Shown: positions 9,015 to 18,312 of the stretch, piece after piece
Position numbering within the stretch: position 1 is the stretch's first letter
Layout of the letters: every line of letters starts with the position of its first letter
DNA from: a phage
Direction: 5' to 3' (one strand)
DNA length: 64,000 nt
Sequence record: PV808484.1
Translations under genes and position numbers: made by a program
Notes under the pieces: generated by a model
Database searches by the model: none
Told to the model about the DNA's origin: nothing
What the model saw: only the letters and a program-made list of their open reading frames with translations

Positions 9015-9473
9015 ATGAAAACTGTATCTTTGTATCTTGCTAACACGGAGCGTGTACATAATCTCGTAAAAGAATGCGGTGTGAGTGTTCAATTTAATAC
9101 AGGAAAGCCTTCCGTGGTGACAGGCAGTGAGATGTGTGTTATTGATTTCCTCAATGAATATTTTCGTGGAAAACCTATTGCTCGTCACTTCATTCAAGAA
9201 ATGCGAGATGTTCTACAGGATTATGAATTCTACCCAGAAGTTTGTGAACGCTATGAAACGATTCTTAGTTCTGTAGAAGATCCAGATACTAGTGAAACAG
9301 GTGCTTCCCACTTACTGTGGATGTTGAATGAAATTCAGGATGGGTGTAATGGTATGTCTGAAACCAAACGCCATCGTTGGCTAGGCTATATTCAGGGTGT
9401 TATGGTTATGAAAAACCTTATTACAGTGAACGATGAACGTAACGCTACACGCCCCGTCTTTAATGGAGCATAA
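9015..9473 (+). CDS. hypothetical protein
   Basis: ORF track; GAGAGG RBS. Confidence 0.5.
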   Translation: MKTVSLYLANTERVHNLVKECGVSVQFNTGKPSVVTGSEMCVIDFLNEYFRGKPIARHFIQEMRDVLQDYEFYPEVCERYETILSSVEDPDTSETGASHLLWMLNEIQDGCNGMSETKRHRWLGYIQGVMVMKNLITVNDERNATRPVFNGA

Positions 9474-9474
9474 C

Positions 9475-9690
9475 ATGAAAAGCATTAAGGTGTGTATTGA
9501 AAATAATTGTGGCTATCTGGGGTTGACACACGTTGCTTTCCCTCTTATATTGGATGCCGATATAGCTTACAGCGGAGTTGCTTATGTGTCATTCAAGACA
9601 ATGAGCCAAGTACCTGGCTGGAATTGGGAAGTAGTTGATGTTGTTGAAGGAGAAGACTATGTTTTCCTTCCACACGAATATACTGTTTAA
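9475..9690 (+). CDS. hypothetical protein
   Basis: internal ATG 9475 overlapping the upstream stop. Confidence 0.4.
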   Translation: MKSIKVCIENNCGYLGLTHVAFPLILDADIAYSGVAYVSFKTMSQVPGWNWEVVDVVEGEDYVFLPHEYTV

Positions 9691-9705
9691 AGAGAGGAAA
9701 AGAAG

Positions 9706-9882
9706 ATGGATAAACAAACTACTGTGTACTTAGTAACAAAGAATACCCCAGGCTGGAGCCAATGCAGCACTGTCCCTTACAAGATTTGTGCAACATTAGA
9801 ACTAGCACAACGCGCAGAAGCAGAAGTGGATGCCATGCAATACAGCTATGGTGAGATCATTCCTTTTACTCTTGAACAATAA
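9706..9882 (+). CDS. hypothetical protein (58 aa)
   Basis: GAGAGGAAAAGAAG RBS region, ATG 9706. Confidence 0.4.
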   Translation: MDKQTTVYLVTKNTPGWSQCSTVPYKICATLELAQRAEAEVDAMQYSYGEIIPFTLEQ

Positions 9883-9893
9883 GGAGTTGTGTA

Positions 9894-10346
9894 ATGTTTG
9901 AAATTGGTAAAGTGTATCGTTTTAAGAACGCATCTTATATCCGTAAGTTTGCTAATGTGTCTGAGTGCAATAGCAGGATTGCTTCTTTCTTAGGTGATTC
10001 CTGTTTTCGTGTATTAGATGTGGATGCCTGGTATGGTGTCACTTCTTTGCAATCCTTAGCAGGAGAGCAAGAAATTATCACTCAAAATGAAGGAGACTTT
10101 GTTCTGTGTTACACATTGCTTGCAGAAAGTGAGTTTGAGTATTTTGTAGAAGTATTAGAAGAAGCACCAAAAAGTAAACACGAAGAGAAATACCTGCTTG
10201 TAGTGGATGGAGTTCCGATCATGGAAACCACCTCCCGTGAGGAAGTTGAAAAAGAGGCAAAACGTTACAAGCTGGATCGTACACAGAGTGTAGTTGAAGT
10301 CTATTCTCTTGTTGGTGTTGCAGATGTTCATGTGAACATTGTATAA
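9894..10346 (+). CDS. hypothetical protein
   Basis: ORF track; AAGGAG RBS. Confidence 0.5.
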   Translation: MFEIGKVYRFKNASYIRKFANVSECNSRIASFLGDSCFRVLDVDAWYGVTSLQSLAGEQEIITQNEGDFVLCYTLLAESEFEYFVEVLEEAPKSKHEEKYLLVVDGVPIMETTSREEVEKEAKRYKLDRTQSVVEVYSLVGVADVHVNIV

Positions 10347-10349
10347 TAT

Positions 10350-10562
10350 ATGTGTAATGATAGATACATTCTTCGTGTATCTGATAAGTCTCCTATGTTT
10401 GACTGGCGGGGCTGGTGGCTACTAGCTCCGATGCAAGGTCTGACAGACGTGGAAAAGGAGGCTTATGTGTATACAAAAGAAGAGATAGAAGATAGCCTTT
10501 ATTTGACAGATAACATTAAGAATGGTATCTTTGAGTGTAAATTGAAAGGAGAGGAAGAATGA
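10350..10562 (+). CDS. hypothetical protein
   Basis: ORF track. Confidence 0.4.
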   Translation: MCNDRYILRVSDKSPMFDWRGWWLLAPMQGLTDVEKEAYVYTKEEIEDSLYLTDNIKNGIFECKLKGEEE

Positions 10563-10858
10563 CTATTACAGAAAAACTGCGCTGTATTGCAAAGCAAAGT
10601 GGAGAAGGTTTATGGTTTCCTATTGAGGAAATTATTCAGGACTGTTATGATCAGGCTAAGACTGGCAAATACTCCAAAGCATTTAAACCGTCTGTTTTCG
10701 GTTTGGATGACTATCCAAAAAATGAACAAGCAAAGAAACGACAAGTTGATTTGATTGATCTGGCTATGGAAGCACTACGAGAGCATGGACTTAGTAAGGT
10801 GTATGCTTTAAACACCAAAGAGGGCTTTGTAGATTCCGTGATCGTAGACTGGTATTAA
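10559..10858 (+). CDS. hypothetical protein
   Basis: ORF track; ATGA overlap. Confidence 0.45.
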   Translation: MTITEKLRCIAKQSGEGLWFPIEEIIQDCYDQAKTGKYSKAFKPSVFGLDDYPKNEQAKKRQVDLIDLAMEALREHGLSKVYALNTKEGFVDSVIVDWY

Positions 10859-10867
10859 GGAGAAGTC

Positions 10868-11236
10868 ATGCAAGAGAATAGTAAAGTGTGTAGCATGAAA
10901 AGCAGCCCCTATTTGCTACAATTTTATGAGTGGTGGTTAGAACAAGAAGATACAAACTTTAGCAAAAAACATTATGGTCTTTGCACGTGTCTTGTAGACT
11001 TCTTGTACAATATTGCTTTGATAAAAGATGTTGAGAATGTAGCAAAGCTCCAATCCTCTGTACGAGAGGAAATGAAGGAACAATTTAAGAAAGCGGGTTT
11101 GAACCATTTACATCCGTTTAATACGGATTTCTCGCACTACTTTACGGAAACAGAGCTAGGCATTGCACACCTTAATAAAGAACGTGTACAATGGGTGATT
11201 GATCGTATTCGTGATATGGAGGAATACAATGGTTAA
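10868..11236 (+). CDS. hypothetical protein, paralog family A member 3
   Basis: AAGGAG RBS; motifs FYEWW, GLCTCL, HPFN, VQWVIDRI. Confidence 0.5.
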   Translation: MQENSKVCSMKSSPYLLQFYEWWLEQEDTNFSKKHYGLCTCLVDFLYNIALIKDVENVAKLQSSVREEMKEQFKKAGLNHLHPFNTDFSHYFTETELGIAHLNKERVQWVIDRIRDMEEYNG

Positions 11237-11438
11237 GTTTAAAACTTTCTGTGCAATCACTGTTTGTCTTATTCTTGCATACGTGTTATTCTCTGGTATC
11301 GTTCGTTTAGGTGAGTATATGGCAAGAGAAGCTCGTGAAAGTGCAGCTAAAAAAGAACAGTGTATTGTGTTCAAGCATCAAAGAGATGCTGAAAAGTTTC
11401 TTGAACAGGATTGTGGGCGCTATGTGAATTATAATTAG
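11229..11438 (+). CDS. small membrane protein, paralog of 16226..16450
   Basis: GGAGG RBS, ATG 11229; transmembrane helix then C.I.KH...AE.FL...C..Y..Y pattern shared with 16226..16450. Confidence 0.45.
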   Translation: MVKFKTFCAITVCLILAYVLFSGIVRLGEYMAREARESAAKKEQCIVFKHQRDAEKFLEQDCGRYVNYN

Positions 11439-11447
11439 GAGGGAAGT

Positions 11448-11696
11448 ATGTTAGATATTTTTACCTTTGATCGTGTTGGTACACCGATTACCGAAGAAGA
11501 ACGTACCAAAATTGAACAAGAATTGGATGCTTTACGTGCGTCTCTTACAGACACAGCCTCACTACAACGTGAAGCTGCACATCTCACAGAGATCACTGGT
11601 ATTCAGTGGAACACGGAGTGGGTTGTAATTACAATTGAAGCGGATATTTGGGGACATGAAGAGACGCTACGTACCGGAGTAGTAACGGTTTGGTGA
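11448..11696 (+). CDS. hypothetical protein
   Basis: ORF track; AGGAGGG RBS. Confidence 0.5.
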   Translation: MLDIFTFDRVGTPITEEERTKIEQELDALRASLTDTASLQREAAHLTEITGIQWNTEWVVITIEADIWGHEETLRTGVVTVW

Positions 11697-11742
11697 TAGA
11701 TGTTATTCTTTTGTGTTTCTTGATATATAAATAGGAGGGTTT

Positions 11743-11967
11743 ATGGTAAAACGTCTGGAATGGGATGCGTGTACTGCTCACGCTTGTCACTGTGATATTG
11801 TTGAAGATCCTAATGGAGAGATGGTGTATTATGAGGATTACGAAGCATTGCACAATGCTGTGATTGCTTTACTGGATGATATTAGCTCACGCTATCCAGG
11901 ACAACAATTCACGTGTCCACATATCCAACTATTAGCCGAACTTACGGAGTATCCAAGTGTTCCATAA
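11743..11967 (+). CDS. hypothetical protein, paralog of 17102..17374
   Basis: AGGAGGG RBS; shared CDIVxDPxG...DY motif. Confidence 0.45.
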   Translation: MVKRLEWDACTAHACHCDIVEDPNGEMVYYEDYEALHNAVIALLDDISSRYPGQQFTCPHIQLLAELTEYPSVP

Positions 11968-11968
11968 T

Positions 11969-12136
11969 ATGGGTGTCCCTGAACAACTGCTCTTTATTGT
12001 AGGATTAGTAGGCTTATTGGCGGCTGGCGCTAAAGCCGCTTCTCACACGCATCACATAATGTTAAGATTTCTGTTCCTACTCCCTTCTATCCTTGTATTA
12101 TTAGTCATATTGATTGATAACATTTTTCACAATTAA
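11969..12136 (+). CDS. small hydrophobic protein (55 aa)
   Basis: ATG overlapping upstream stop; two predicted transmembrane segments. Confidence 0.3.
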   Translation: MGVPEQLLFIVGLVGLLAAGAKAASHTHHIMLRFLFLLPSILVLLVILIDNIFHN

Positions 12137-12145
12137 GGAGAGGTT

Positions 12146-12730
12146 ATGAGTAAAATTATACCAAGCAGTTATGAATTATTGCAGTTTTATGTATATTACT
12201 TAGACTGGGTTAATAGATCGAATGTTAAAGACAATGCGATGTTTAGTAAAAACATCTGTTTAACAGAAAGTATCTTCCGTTATTGGCACACAGGCAGAAA
12301 GTGTACACACAGTGAAGCTATGCGCATTGTAGGTGAATACCTGGAGCAATTGCAAAAAGCAGAACTTCCTGTCCTTCACCCATTCAACGAATCTAAAGAA
12401 GAATTAGAACAAGAGTGTAGAGAAGGTAAGTGCCATTTAAATGAAAAACGTATCGAATGGGTGAGGCAACGTTTAGCCGATGCAGGGAATCCTCCTAGTG
12501 ACTCTGACTATACGTGGTATGATGTAGAGGGTTTAGTTCAAGGTTTTGAGGCTTGTGCTATAGGTAATACCAACTTTGCCAAAGTTTTATGCGAGGTTTA
12601 TGATCTGGCAGATAAAATCCGAAATCACGGATGGAAACAAGAGCATAAAGAATCATATGAACGCCTTGACAAGATTTTCAAACAGATCTATTCTAACCAC
12701 AAAGAGATGTTCCAAATGGAGGATGTGTAA
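12146..12730 (+). CDS. hypothetical protein, paralog family A member 4 (C-terminally extended)
   Basis: AAGGAGAGG RBS; motifs LQFY, HPFN, CHLN, IEWVRQRLAD. Confidence 0.5.
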   Translation: MSKIIPSSYELLQFYVYYLDWVNRSNVKDNAMFSKNICLTESIFRYWHTGRKCTHSEAMRIVGEYLEQLQKAELPVLHPFNESKEELEQECREGKCHLNEKRIEWVRQRLADAGNPPSDSDYTWYDVEGLVQGFEACAIGNTNFAKVLCEVYDLADKIRNHGWKQEHKESYERLDKIFKQIYSNHKEMFQMEDV

Positions 12731-13416
12731 TGAAAGAGATTATGTTTGAAGGGCATCGTTACGAAGTTCCAGACAATGCAAATTTCATGGCTCGTGATAT
12801 CACTGGAGATGTGTTCTGGTTTGAAGATGAACCTGTGTTTTCTTCGAACAAACACTGGTTTTCACAACAATCTTCTTCGGAAAATATGACTTTTGGCTAC
12901 GTAGAGCCTAAAGTGCGCTGCAAAGCAGCTTCTTCTTTGGTAAAAATTTCCCAAGATGATCAAGAAAATACTCCAGATGTTGTTAGTGCACTACTGAAGT
13001 ACATTGCAGAACTTGAGAAGAAAATTAAAGAAGCAGAAACTAAGGTGAAAGCACGATCAGCCATCATTGAAGCTATGTCTGAACGTATCTTAGAGCTAGA
13101 AGATTTGTGTGGAGAGGCTTATCAAGTGGTTGGTGCGCTGGCTTGTGAAGCACAAATGTTTGAAACTTCAGAACAAGTTTCACATATGTTAGATAATTTG
13201 AGTGAATGTAAAATGATTCATGATGATGTATTGCCATTTTGTTGCAATGTTAACAAAACAGAGCAAACACAAGATTCAGAAACAGTTTATGTTCCGCTAA
13301 TGTGTGTTCCAGATCATCTAAAAGGTGTATTCTCTTGTAAATGGTCGCTGTTGAGCGTTACTAATTGTGGTGAAAACTATTCTGCCAACATTGAATTGCT
13401 AAAACACGTTAAATAA
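12730..13416 (+). CDS. hypothetical protein with coiled-coil-like central segment
   Basis: ORF track; ATGA overlap. Confidence 0.5.
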   Translation: MKEIMFEGHRYEVPDNANFMARDITGDVFWFEDEPVFSSNKHWFSQQSSSENMTFGYVEPKVRCKAASSLVKISQDDQENTPDVVSALLKYIAELEKKIKEAETKVKARSAIIEAMSERILELEDLCGEAYQVVGALACEAQMFETSEQVSHMLDNLSECKMIHDDVLPFCCNVNKTEQTQDSETVYVPLMCVPDHLKGVFSCKWSLLSVTNCGENYSANIELLKHVK

Positions 13417-13426
13417 GGAGAGTAAT

Positions 13427-13831
13427 ATGTGGTCTGTTAAAATCAAATATAATGCGCAGTATTATGGTGGAAAGCCTTACGAAGTTGTTATTTGTGACTG
13501 TATCTCTAAAGAAGTTGCACAGCTTTGTGGTGCTGGTGTTAGTGAAGCTATGAACAAAATGCATAACTCGACTGTGCGTTACCTGGATCAAGATATTCCA
13601 GAAGATGTAAATGACTATGCTTACGAAGTTATTTACAGTGAAGGTAAGAAGCTCTCTATTGAAGATGCACTTAAAGCACTACCTGCTATGTGCAGCCCAA
13701 CACCAGAAGCAGTTAAAGAGATTTTACCAGAATCCAACCCCGATGAATATGCCTCTATGGTTGCTTCAGATATGTGGAATCTCTGTCGAGAAACTATGAT
13801 TAAAAATCTTGTGGAAATGGCGCATGAGTAA
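13427..13831 (+). CDS. hypothetical protein
   Basis: ORF track; AAGGAG RBS. Confidence 0.5.
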   Translation: MWSVKIKYNAQYYGGKPYEVVICDCISKEVAQLCGAGVSEAMNKMHNSTVRYLDQDIPEDVNDYAYEVIYSEGKKLSIEDALKALPAMCSPTPEAVKEILPESNPDEYASMVASDMWNLCRETMIKNLVEMAHE

Positions 13832-14042
13832 AACACACTTTATACATCCGTTTGATCCAAAGAACAAGGCGGTTATACACCGCCGTTGGACTGAAACGCG
13901 CATTACAAAATGTCCTGTGCCAGCAGCACAGGAATATAACAAAACATATAAAGCAGAATTTGTGGAGTACACCTTTGTAAATAACAAAGGGAAGGAGGTT
14001 TATGTTCCAGAATACTGCCTTTGGATAAAATGGGAGGAATAA
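13824..14042 (+). CDS. hypothetical protein
   Basis: internal ATG (MSKTHF...) of ORF 13809..14042. Confidence 0.4.
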   Translation: MSKTHFIHPFDPKNKAVIHRRWTETRITKCPVPAAQEYNKTYKAEFVEYTFVNNKGKEVYVPEYCLWIKWEE

Positions 14043-14209
14043 TGCAAACATTTTTTATCGACAAGTTCAATAAAAGTATGAACACGTGGATGGCAACATT
14101 CACTATGCAATTTGCGTCATTTAAAGAAGCTCAAGAATGGTGCGATCAACACAAGGATTTTGATTTTTACTATCAAATTAATACAAATCTTTCTCCAGAG
14201 GATAAATAA
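14042..14209 (+). CDS. hypothetical protein
   Basis: GGGAGG RBS, ATG 14042. Confidence 0.4.
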   Translation: MQTFFIDKFNKSMNTWMATFTMQFASFKEAQEWCDQHKDFDFYYQINTNLSPEDK

Positions 14210-14210
14210 T

Positions 14211-14555
14211 ATGTTGGCTGATATTGAAATCCTTATGTACCGCCAAGGTATGATCAAAATGTGGCTGGATTCTTTTAGCAACATATACTGCACAGTGCGA
14301 TCAGCAGAGGAGCGTAAAACGCTTATTTTATCTGCTATTGTTGATAAACAACGTTTCTTCAAAGAAGTTTTGCAAACAGGCTTCTCCGATGCAGGAGTAG
14401 AGATTGCAACTCTTAGTCTTGGGGTGCTGTCTTACTTGGAGTCCGTTGTTTTATATGTCTTCTCTTTAGAAGAACACTTGCAATTTGAAGCATTAAAACT
14501 TATCTTAGATGCTGCAATTGACATAGAACAAAATCGAATTGATTCTTTTGAATAA
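14211..14555 (+). CDS. hypothetical protein
   Basis: internal ATG of ORF 14112..14555 directly after the upstream stop. Confidence 0.45.
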   Translation: MLADIEILMYRQGMIKMWLDSFSNIYCTVRSAEERKTLILSAIVDKQRFFKEVLQTGFSDAGVEIATLSLGVLSYLESVVLYVFSLEEHLQFEALKLILDAAIDIEQNRIDSFE

Positions 14556-14570
14556 AATAAGGAGAAAACT

Positions 14571-15029
14571 ATGCAAGAGGTTAAACATTATCCACATGGT
14601 CGTAGTTTTGTAGCTGTATGGCATGTTCCTGCTCGTAATGAACTGTTTTGTGCATCTTTTCATTACAAAGATGGACAATATTTCACCTATGATGAGACGA
14701 TGGATGATTTTATCCCAGAGTGCGATCATGGGTATACACCAATGTTCTTTAAACGTATGAAAGCTCGTTTCTTCGTTACAGATGTTGATGGTGAACCTAC
14801 TTGGCACATCGAAGAAGATTGGCAAGATTCTGTGGATATTAAAGAAGCCCCAGAATGGGCTACACTACTGGTACACGTGAAAACCCCTACCCTTGACATT
14901 ATGGCGTGGGTTAATCATGATGATACCCATTACCAATACATAAACAGTAGCACAGAGATTTCTGGTGAGATTATTGGTCGTTGGAAGCCTACGAATCAGG
15001 TTGCTATTGTCGGATATAAGACAGTATAA
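14571..15029 (+). CDS. hypothetical protein
   Basis: ORF track; AAGGAG RBS. Confidence 0.5.
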   Translation: MQEVKHYPHGRSFVAVWHVPARNELFCASFHYKDGQYFTYDETMDDFIPECDHGYTPMFFKRMKARFFVTDVDGEPTWHIEEDWQDSVDIKEAPEWATLLVHVKTPTLDIMAWVNHDDTHYQYINSSTEISGEIIGRWKPTNQVAIVGYKTV

Positions 15030-15030
15030 T

Positions 15031-15225
15031 ATGAAAAGTAGCGTAGATTGGGATGATTTATCCGCTTTTGAAAAATGGTTCTTAGGTAGTGGTTGTTATG
15101 CAGATGGGGATCTCGAAAGAGATCCTTCTGGAAACTACATTATGCCATTAACCCAAGGTTTTTATGAGTGCTGGTGCGCAGCACAAAACAACGTACTGAA
15201 TAAGGAGACAACACAATGCAATTAA
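15031..15225 (+). CDS. hypothetical protein
   Basis: internal ATG of ORF 14965..15225. Confidence 0.4.
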   Translation: MKSSVDWDDLSAFEKWFLGSGCYADGDLERDPSGNYIMPLTQGFYECWCAAQNNVLNKETTQCN

Positions 15226-15455
15226 ACATCGGACAACCCATTTTTGATGCAGATACTGGTCAATATGCAGTGATTGTTGCTCGTATGAGCGGTGATGACT
15301 TTATTGTTTCAGAACTACTCGGATCAGATCCGCAACTGCGAGTAGTATGTGACCTATATCTTCGAGACGAAAGTGATCGCATTGCACTGAAAGAAGATGG
15401 TATGCTTTACTACACCTGGACTAGAGATCCTGGTGTAAAGGAGGTAGAGGTATAA
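15216..15455 (+). CDS. hypothetical protein
   Basis: ORF track; AAGGAG RBS. Confidence 0.45.
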   Translation: MQLNIGQPIFDADTGQYAVIVARMSGDDFIVSELLGSDPQLRVVCDLYLRDESDRIALKEDGMLYYTWTRDPGVKEVEV

Positions 15456-15754
15456 TGGTAAGGAATAGGGGTTTACATAAAAGAAGACACCTTACTTACT
15501 GGCATCGCAAAGTACATGAACCTGTATCAAAGAAAGAATGGCAATACCTTCCTTATGGAAAGGAGCGAAGGAAGTATTTGTTAGCTCATTTAAGGGTACA
15601 TGGTTCGCTTCCTGTTAACAGTAAGTGGCAATTGCAAACAGCTTATGACGAAGATATGAAATATCTGTTAAAGAGAGGCATTATTTGCCTTGTTAAGATA
15701 GGACGATGGAAATCTCGTCAATCTTATATCGTACTTAAACAGGAGAAACCATGA
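15455..15754 (+). CDS. hypothetical basic protein
   Basis: ORF track; Lys/Arg/His-rich N-terminal half. Confidence 0.45.
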   Translation: MVRNRGLHKRRHLTYWHRKVHEPVSKKEWQYLPYGKERRKYLLAHLRVHGSLPVNSKWQLQTAYDEDMKYLLKRGIICLVKIGRWKSRQSYIVLKQEKP

Positions 15755-16002
15755 ATATCAAAGATGTTGTAGCATATGTAGAAGATGAAGTTAAAAACCA
15801 TACAAGTTTACTGAAAGTAATGGTTGTGGTTAAAAATGGCATTGGACAAGTAAACGTACAACATGTCTTATCTGATACTGTATATAATGTGTTTGAATGT
15901 AAAGACACACCTCATGGAGTACGTGTGGTGTATATTGATAACAATTTCAAAGAGTGTGTGAGACATACCTTAGAAAATGAGCTAAGGATCACAATCTTAT
16001 GA
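15751..16002 (+). CDS. hypothetical protein
   Basis: ORF track. Confidence 0.45.
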   Translation: MNIKDVVAYVEDEVKNHTSLLKVMVVVKNGIGQVNVQHVLSDTVYNVFECKDTPHGVRVVYIDNNFKECVRHTLENELRITIL

Positions 16003-16172
16003 GTTATTATGTTGTACCCTATGCCAATAAGTGGAGAGTAAGAGAAACTTGTTTTCTATTCTCCTGGTGGGCTACGTTCGGAGATGGTTGTGGAAATGAT
16101 ACAGGGAAGCCTGTAGAGTATGACACAAAAGAAGAATGTGAACAGTGGATAAAATTAACACAAAGATGTTGA
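15999..16172 (+). CDS. hypothetical Cys-containing protein (57 aa)
   Basis: ATGA overlap start at 15999. Confidence 0.3.
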   Translation: MSYYVVPYANKWRVRETCFLFSWWATFGDGCGNDTGKPVEYDTKEECEQWIKLTQRC

Positions 16173-16225
16173 CACGATCTTAACTTCTTGTTAGTATCAA
16201 TATGTACTAACGATAAGGAGGGTTT

Positions 16226-16450
16226 ATGAAGTCTGTAAACAAGTTGCAACAATTTTTGTTATCAACAGCAATCTTTTTGCTTTTGTTAATTGGTATTCTG
16301 TATGGTGCATCTAACTTATACAATCTACACAACAATGTAGAACATAATATAGAGAAGTGCACCATCCTAAAACACAATAAACAAGCAGAAGATTTCTTAA
16401 AGAACAAGTGTTACAACTACATTGATTATGAGGAGACAAACAATGATTAA
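16226..16450 (+). CDS. small membrane protein, paralog of 11229..11438
   Basis: AAGGAGGG RBS; promoter-like TTGACA at 16169. Confidence 0.45.
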   Translation: MKSVNKLQQFLLSTAIFLLLLIGILYGASNLYNLHNNVEHNIEKCTILKHNKQAEDFLKNKCYNYIDYEETNND

Positions 16451-16685
16451 AGAATTAGGTATGCGAGTATACAGTGAGTGGACTCCAAGCAATGGCCCAG
16501 GAGTTGTTGCAGCTAAATGTATCAATGGTCGTATTGAGTACCTAGAAGGGTATGAAGATAATGAAGAGTTAGTAGATTATGCTAAATCTTTTATTGAAGA
16601 TGATACAGACTTTATTGTATTATATGATACAGGAGAGTTAGAGTATGGATATGATGGAGATGGGGATATCTTTGAACTTCAATAA
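16443..16685 (+). CDS. hypothetical acidic protein
   Basis: internal ATG of ORF 16422..16685. Confidence 0.4.
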   Translation: MIKELGMRVYSEWTPSNGPGVVAAKCINGRIEYLEGYEDNEELVDYAKSFIEDDTDFIVLYDTGELEYGYDGDGDIFELQ

Positions 16686-16892
16686 GAGTAGTAAGTAAGG
16701 TATAAAGAGTATATAGTTAGTTATAGAGTTAGTAACATTACATATACTCTTCCCATGTATAACATGGAATATTCTCTACCTCGCTATCGCTCGGTATATA
16801 AGATTAGGGTAGCATGTTTTTTACGAAAAGTAAAACTGTTTATACCGATTGATAGCAGGTTTTTAATAGATTCTATCTATGAGGAGTAGAAA

Positions 16893-17111
16893 GTGTACAA
16901 ATTATATAAAGGAAAAGATAAGTTTACGGGTAATACATCTGGTTTCTATGTAACACCACGTGGCGTTGCTGTATTTGATTGGATTCCTGGTACTCCAGAT
17001 CGTGAAATGATCTCTCTTGTAAAACTGTCGGAACAAGAGTACACTTACGGTGACATTACAACATTCTATTCTCGTGCAGAAAATCCAAAACTGATCGCGG
17101 AGTGGGAATAA
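16893..17111 (+). CDS. hypothetical protein
   Basis: ORF track; GAGGAG RBS. Confidence 0.5.
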   Translation: MYKLYKGKDKFTGNTSGFYVTPRGVAVFDWIPGTPDREMISLVKLSEQEYTYGDITTFYSRAENPKLIAEWE

Positions 17112-17374
17112 TGGTTACACGATATGATTTAGAGGTGTACAGCCAAGGTGCTGCTGGTCAATGTGATATTGTACCAGATCCAGAAGGAGACTATGTTCTT
17201 CTTGCTGATTACAACAAGCTAGAAGAAAGACTTCTGGCTGTGTATGCTAAAGAGAACAAAACAATCTGTCCTTATTGCAATGGAATGGGTTGGGTGGTTG
17301 CAGATGTTGGACAAATGTATGAATGTGTACCTTGTAAAACCACAGGCTTTATTGAAAAGGATACTGACAAATGA
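17102..17374 (+). CDS. hypothetical protein with C-terminal CxxC...CxxC, paralog of 11743..11967
   Basis: ORF track; shared CDIVPDPEG motif. Confidence 0.45.
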   Translation: MGIMVTRYDLEVYSQGAAGQCDIVPDPEGDYVLLADYNKLEERLLAVYAKENKTICPYCNGMGWVVADVGQMYECVPCKTTGFIEKDTDK

Positions 17375-17619
17375 CTGTAGCAGATAAAATGAGAGAAATG
17401 GCAGAAAACGCAGAACTTAACAAAGCAAAGGAGAGTTTACAAAACATCTACGCGTATATTGAAAGAGCAGCTAAAGATGGAGACAGAGAAGCTGCCATAT
17501 ACACGCTTTATCCAACTTTTGTAAAAGTTAGTTTGGATGCTGAAGGTTTTTCAACTTTTATTGATACAGAAACATCTCATTACGATGAAAATTTTACTCG
17601 AATAGTTATTCGATGGTAA
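17371..17619 (+). CDS. hypothetical protein
   Basis: ORF track. Confidence 0.45.
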   Translation: MTVADKMREMAENAELNKAKESLQNIYAYIERAAKDGDREAAIYTLYPTFVKVSLDAEGFSTFIDTETSHYDENFTRIVIRW

Positions 17620-17635
17620 ATTTCTGATATTTATG

Positions 17636-17700
17636 CGCCCTGGCTACCTGGGCGTAATAAATTCAGCTTATATTTGATCCGCGCCTTCGGCGCTTAGGCA
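17636..17700 (+). terminator. tandem GC-rich hairpins (GCGCCTTCGGCGC and upstream stem)
   Basis: read directly in intergenic gap. Confidence 0.4.
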
Positions 17701-17724
17701 AAGCCACGCCACACAGGAGAGTTT

Positions 17725-18135
17725 ATGTTCAAATGGTTAAAAGAGTTTCTAACATCTTTGGCAGAACCTAAGCAAGATGTTATTAAAAGCTCTATCACAG
17801 GAAAACCGCTTGTTATAGTTACAGGCGGCTTTGGTCATGGGTTTTCTCTTAAACAAACAGATATAGGTTTACAGGGATCTTTGATTAGTTTTAGAATCAC
17901 TCAATTAGGAGATAATAGACAAACAATCTTAGACCTTTTCAATGGGGAATTTGATGATTATTTATCCAAGAGTGGTAAAGAACGTCTGATCGAGCATATA
18001 AAACACCGCTATGAGCATGGTGGTTACTACTTAGATACAAAACGTAATGCACAAGGTGATCTTGACATAGTTCGTATAGCGTGGGATAATGAATTTAAAA
18101 CTAAACTTGGTAAACTTCTGGAGGAGTTATGGTAA
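17725..18135 (+). CDS. hypothetical protein
   Basis: ORF track; AGGAGAG RBS. Confidence 0.5.
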   Translation: MFKWLKEFLTSLAEPKQDVIKSSITGKPLVIVTGGFGHGFSLKQTDIGLQGSLISFRITQLGDNRQTILDLFNGEFDDYLSKSGKERLIEHIKHRYEHGGYYLDTKRNAQGDLDIVRIAWDNEFKTKLGKLLEELW

Positions 18136-18311
18136 ATATTAAAACAGGTGATATTGTACGTCTTGCTAGTGAAGAAATGTTAATGACTGTAATGGTATCT
18201 ACCTACGATACTTGCGAAGTGGTGTGGTTTGATGTTAATGAACAACTACAGAAAGCTACATTTGATAAACGTATGCTTCGTAAAGTTGAAGAAGTGAAGG
18301 AGGAAGAATAA
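18129..18311 (+). CDS. hypothetical protein
   Basis: ORF track. Confidence 0.45.
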   Translation: MVNIKTGDIVRLASEEMLMTVMVSTYDTCEVVWFDVNEQLQKATFDKRMLRKVEEVKEEE

Positions 18312-18312
18312 T

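Noticed and set aside
13611-14103. Cluster of overlapping ORFs on both strands (13611..13799 +, 13633..13836 -, 13766..13987 -, 13800..14051 -, 13903..14103 -)
   Set aside because: They overlap better-supported + strand genes in a block that is otherwise uniformly + strand; likely chance ORFs in AT-rich sequence.
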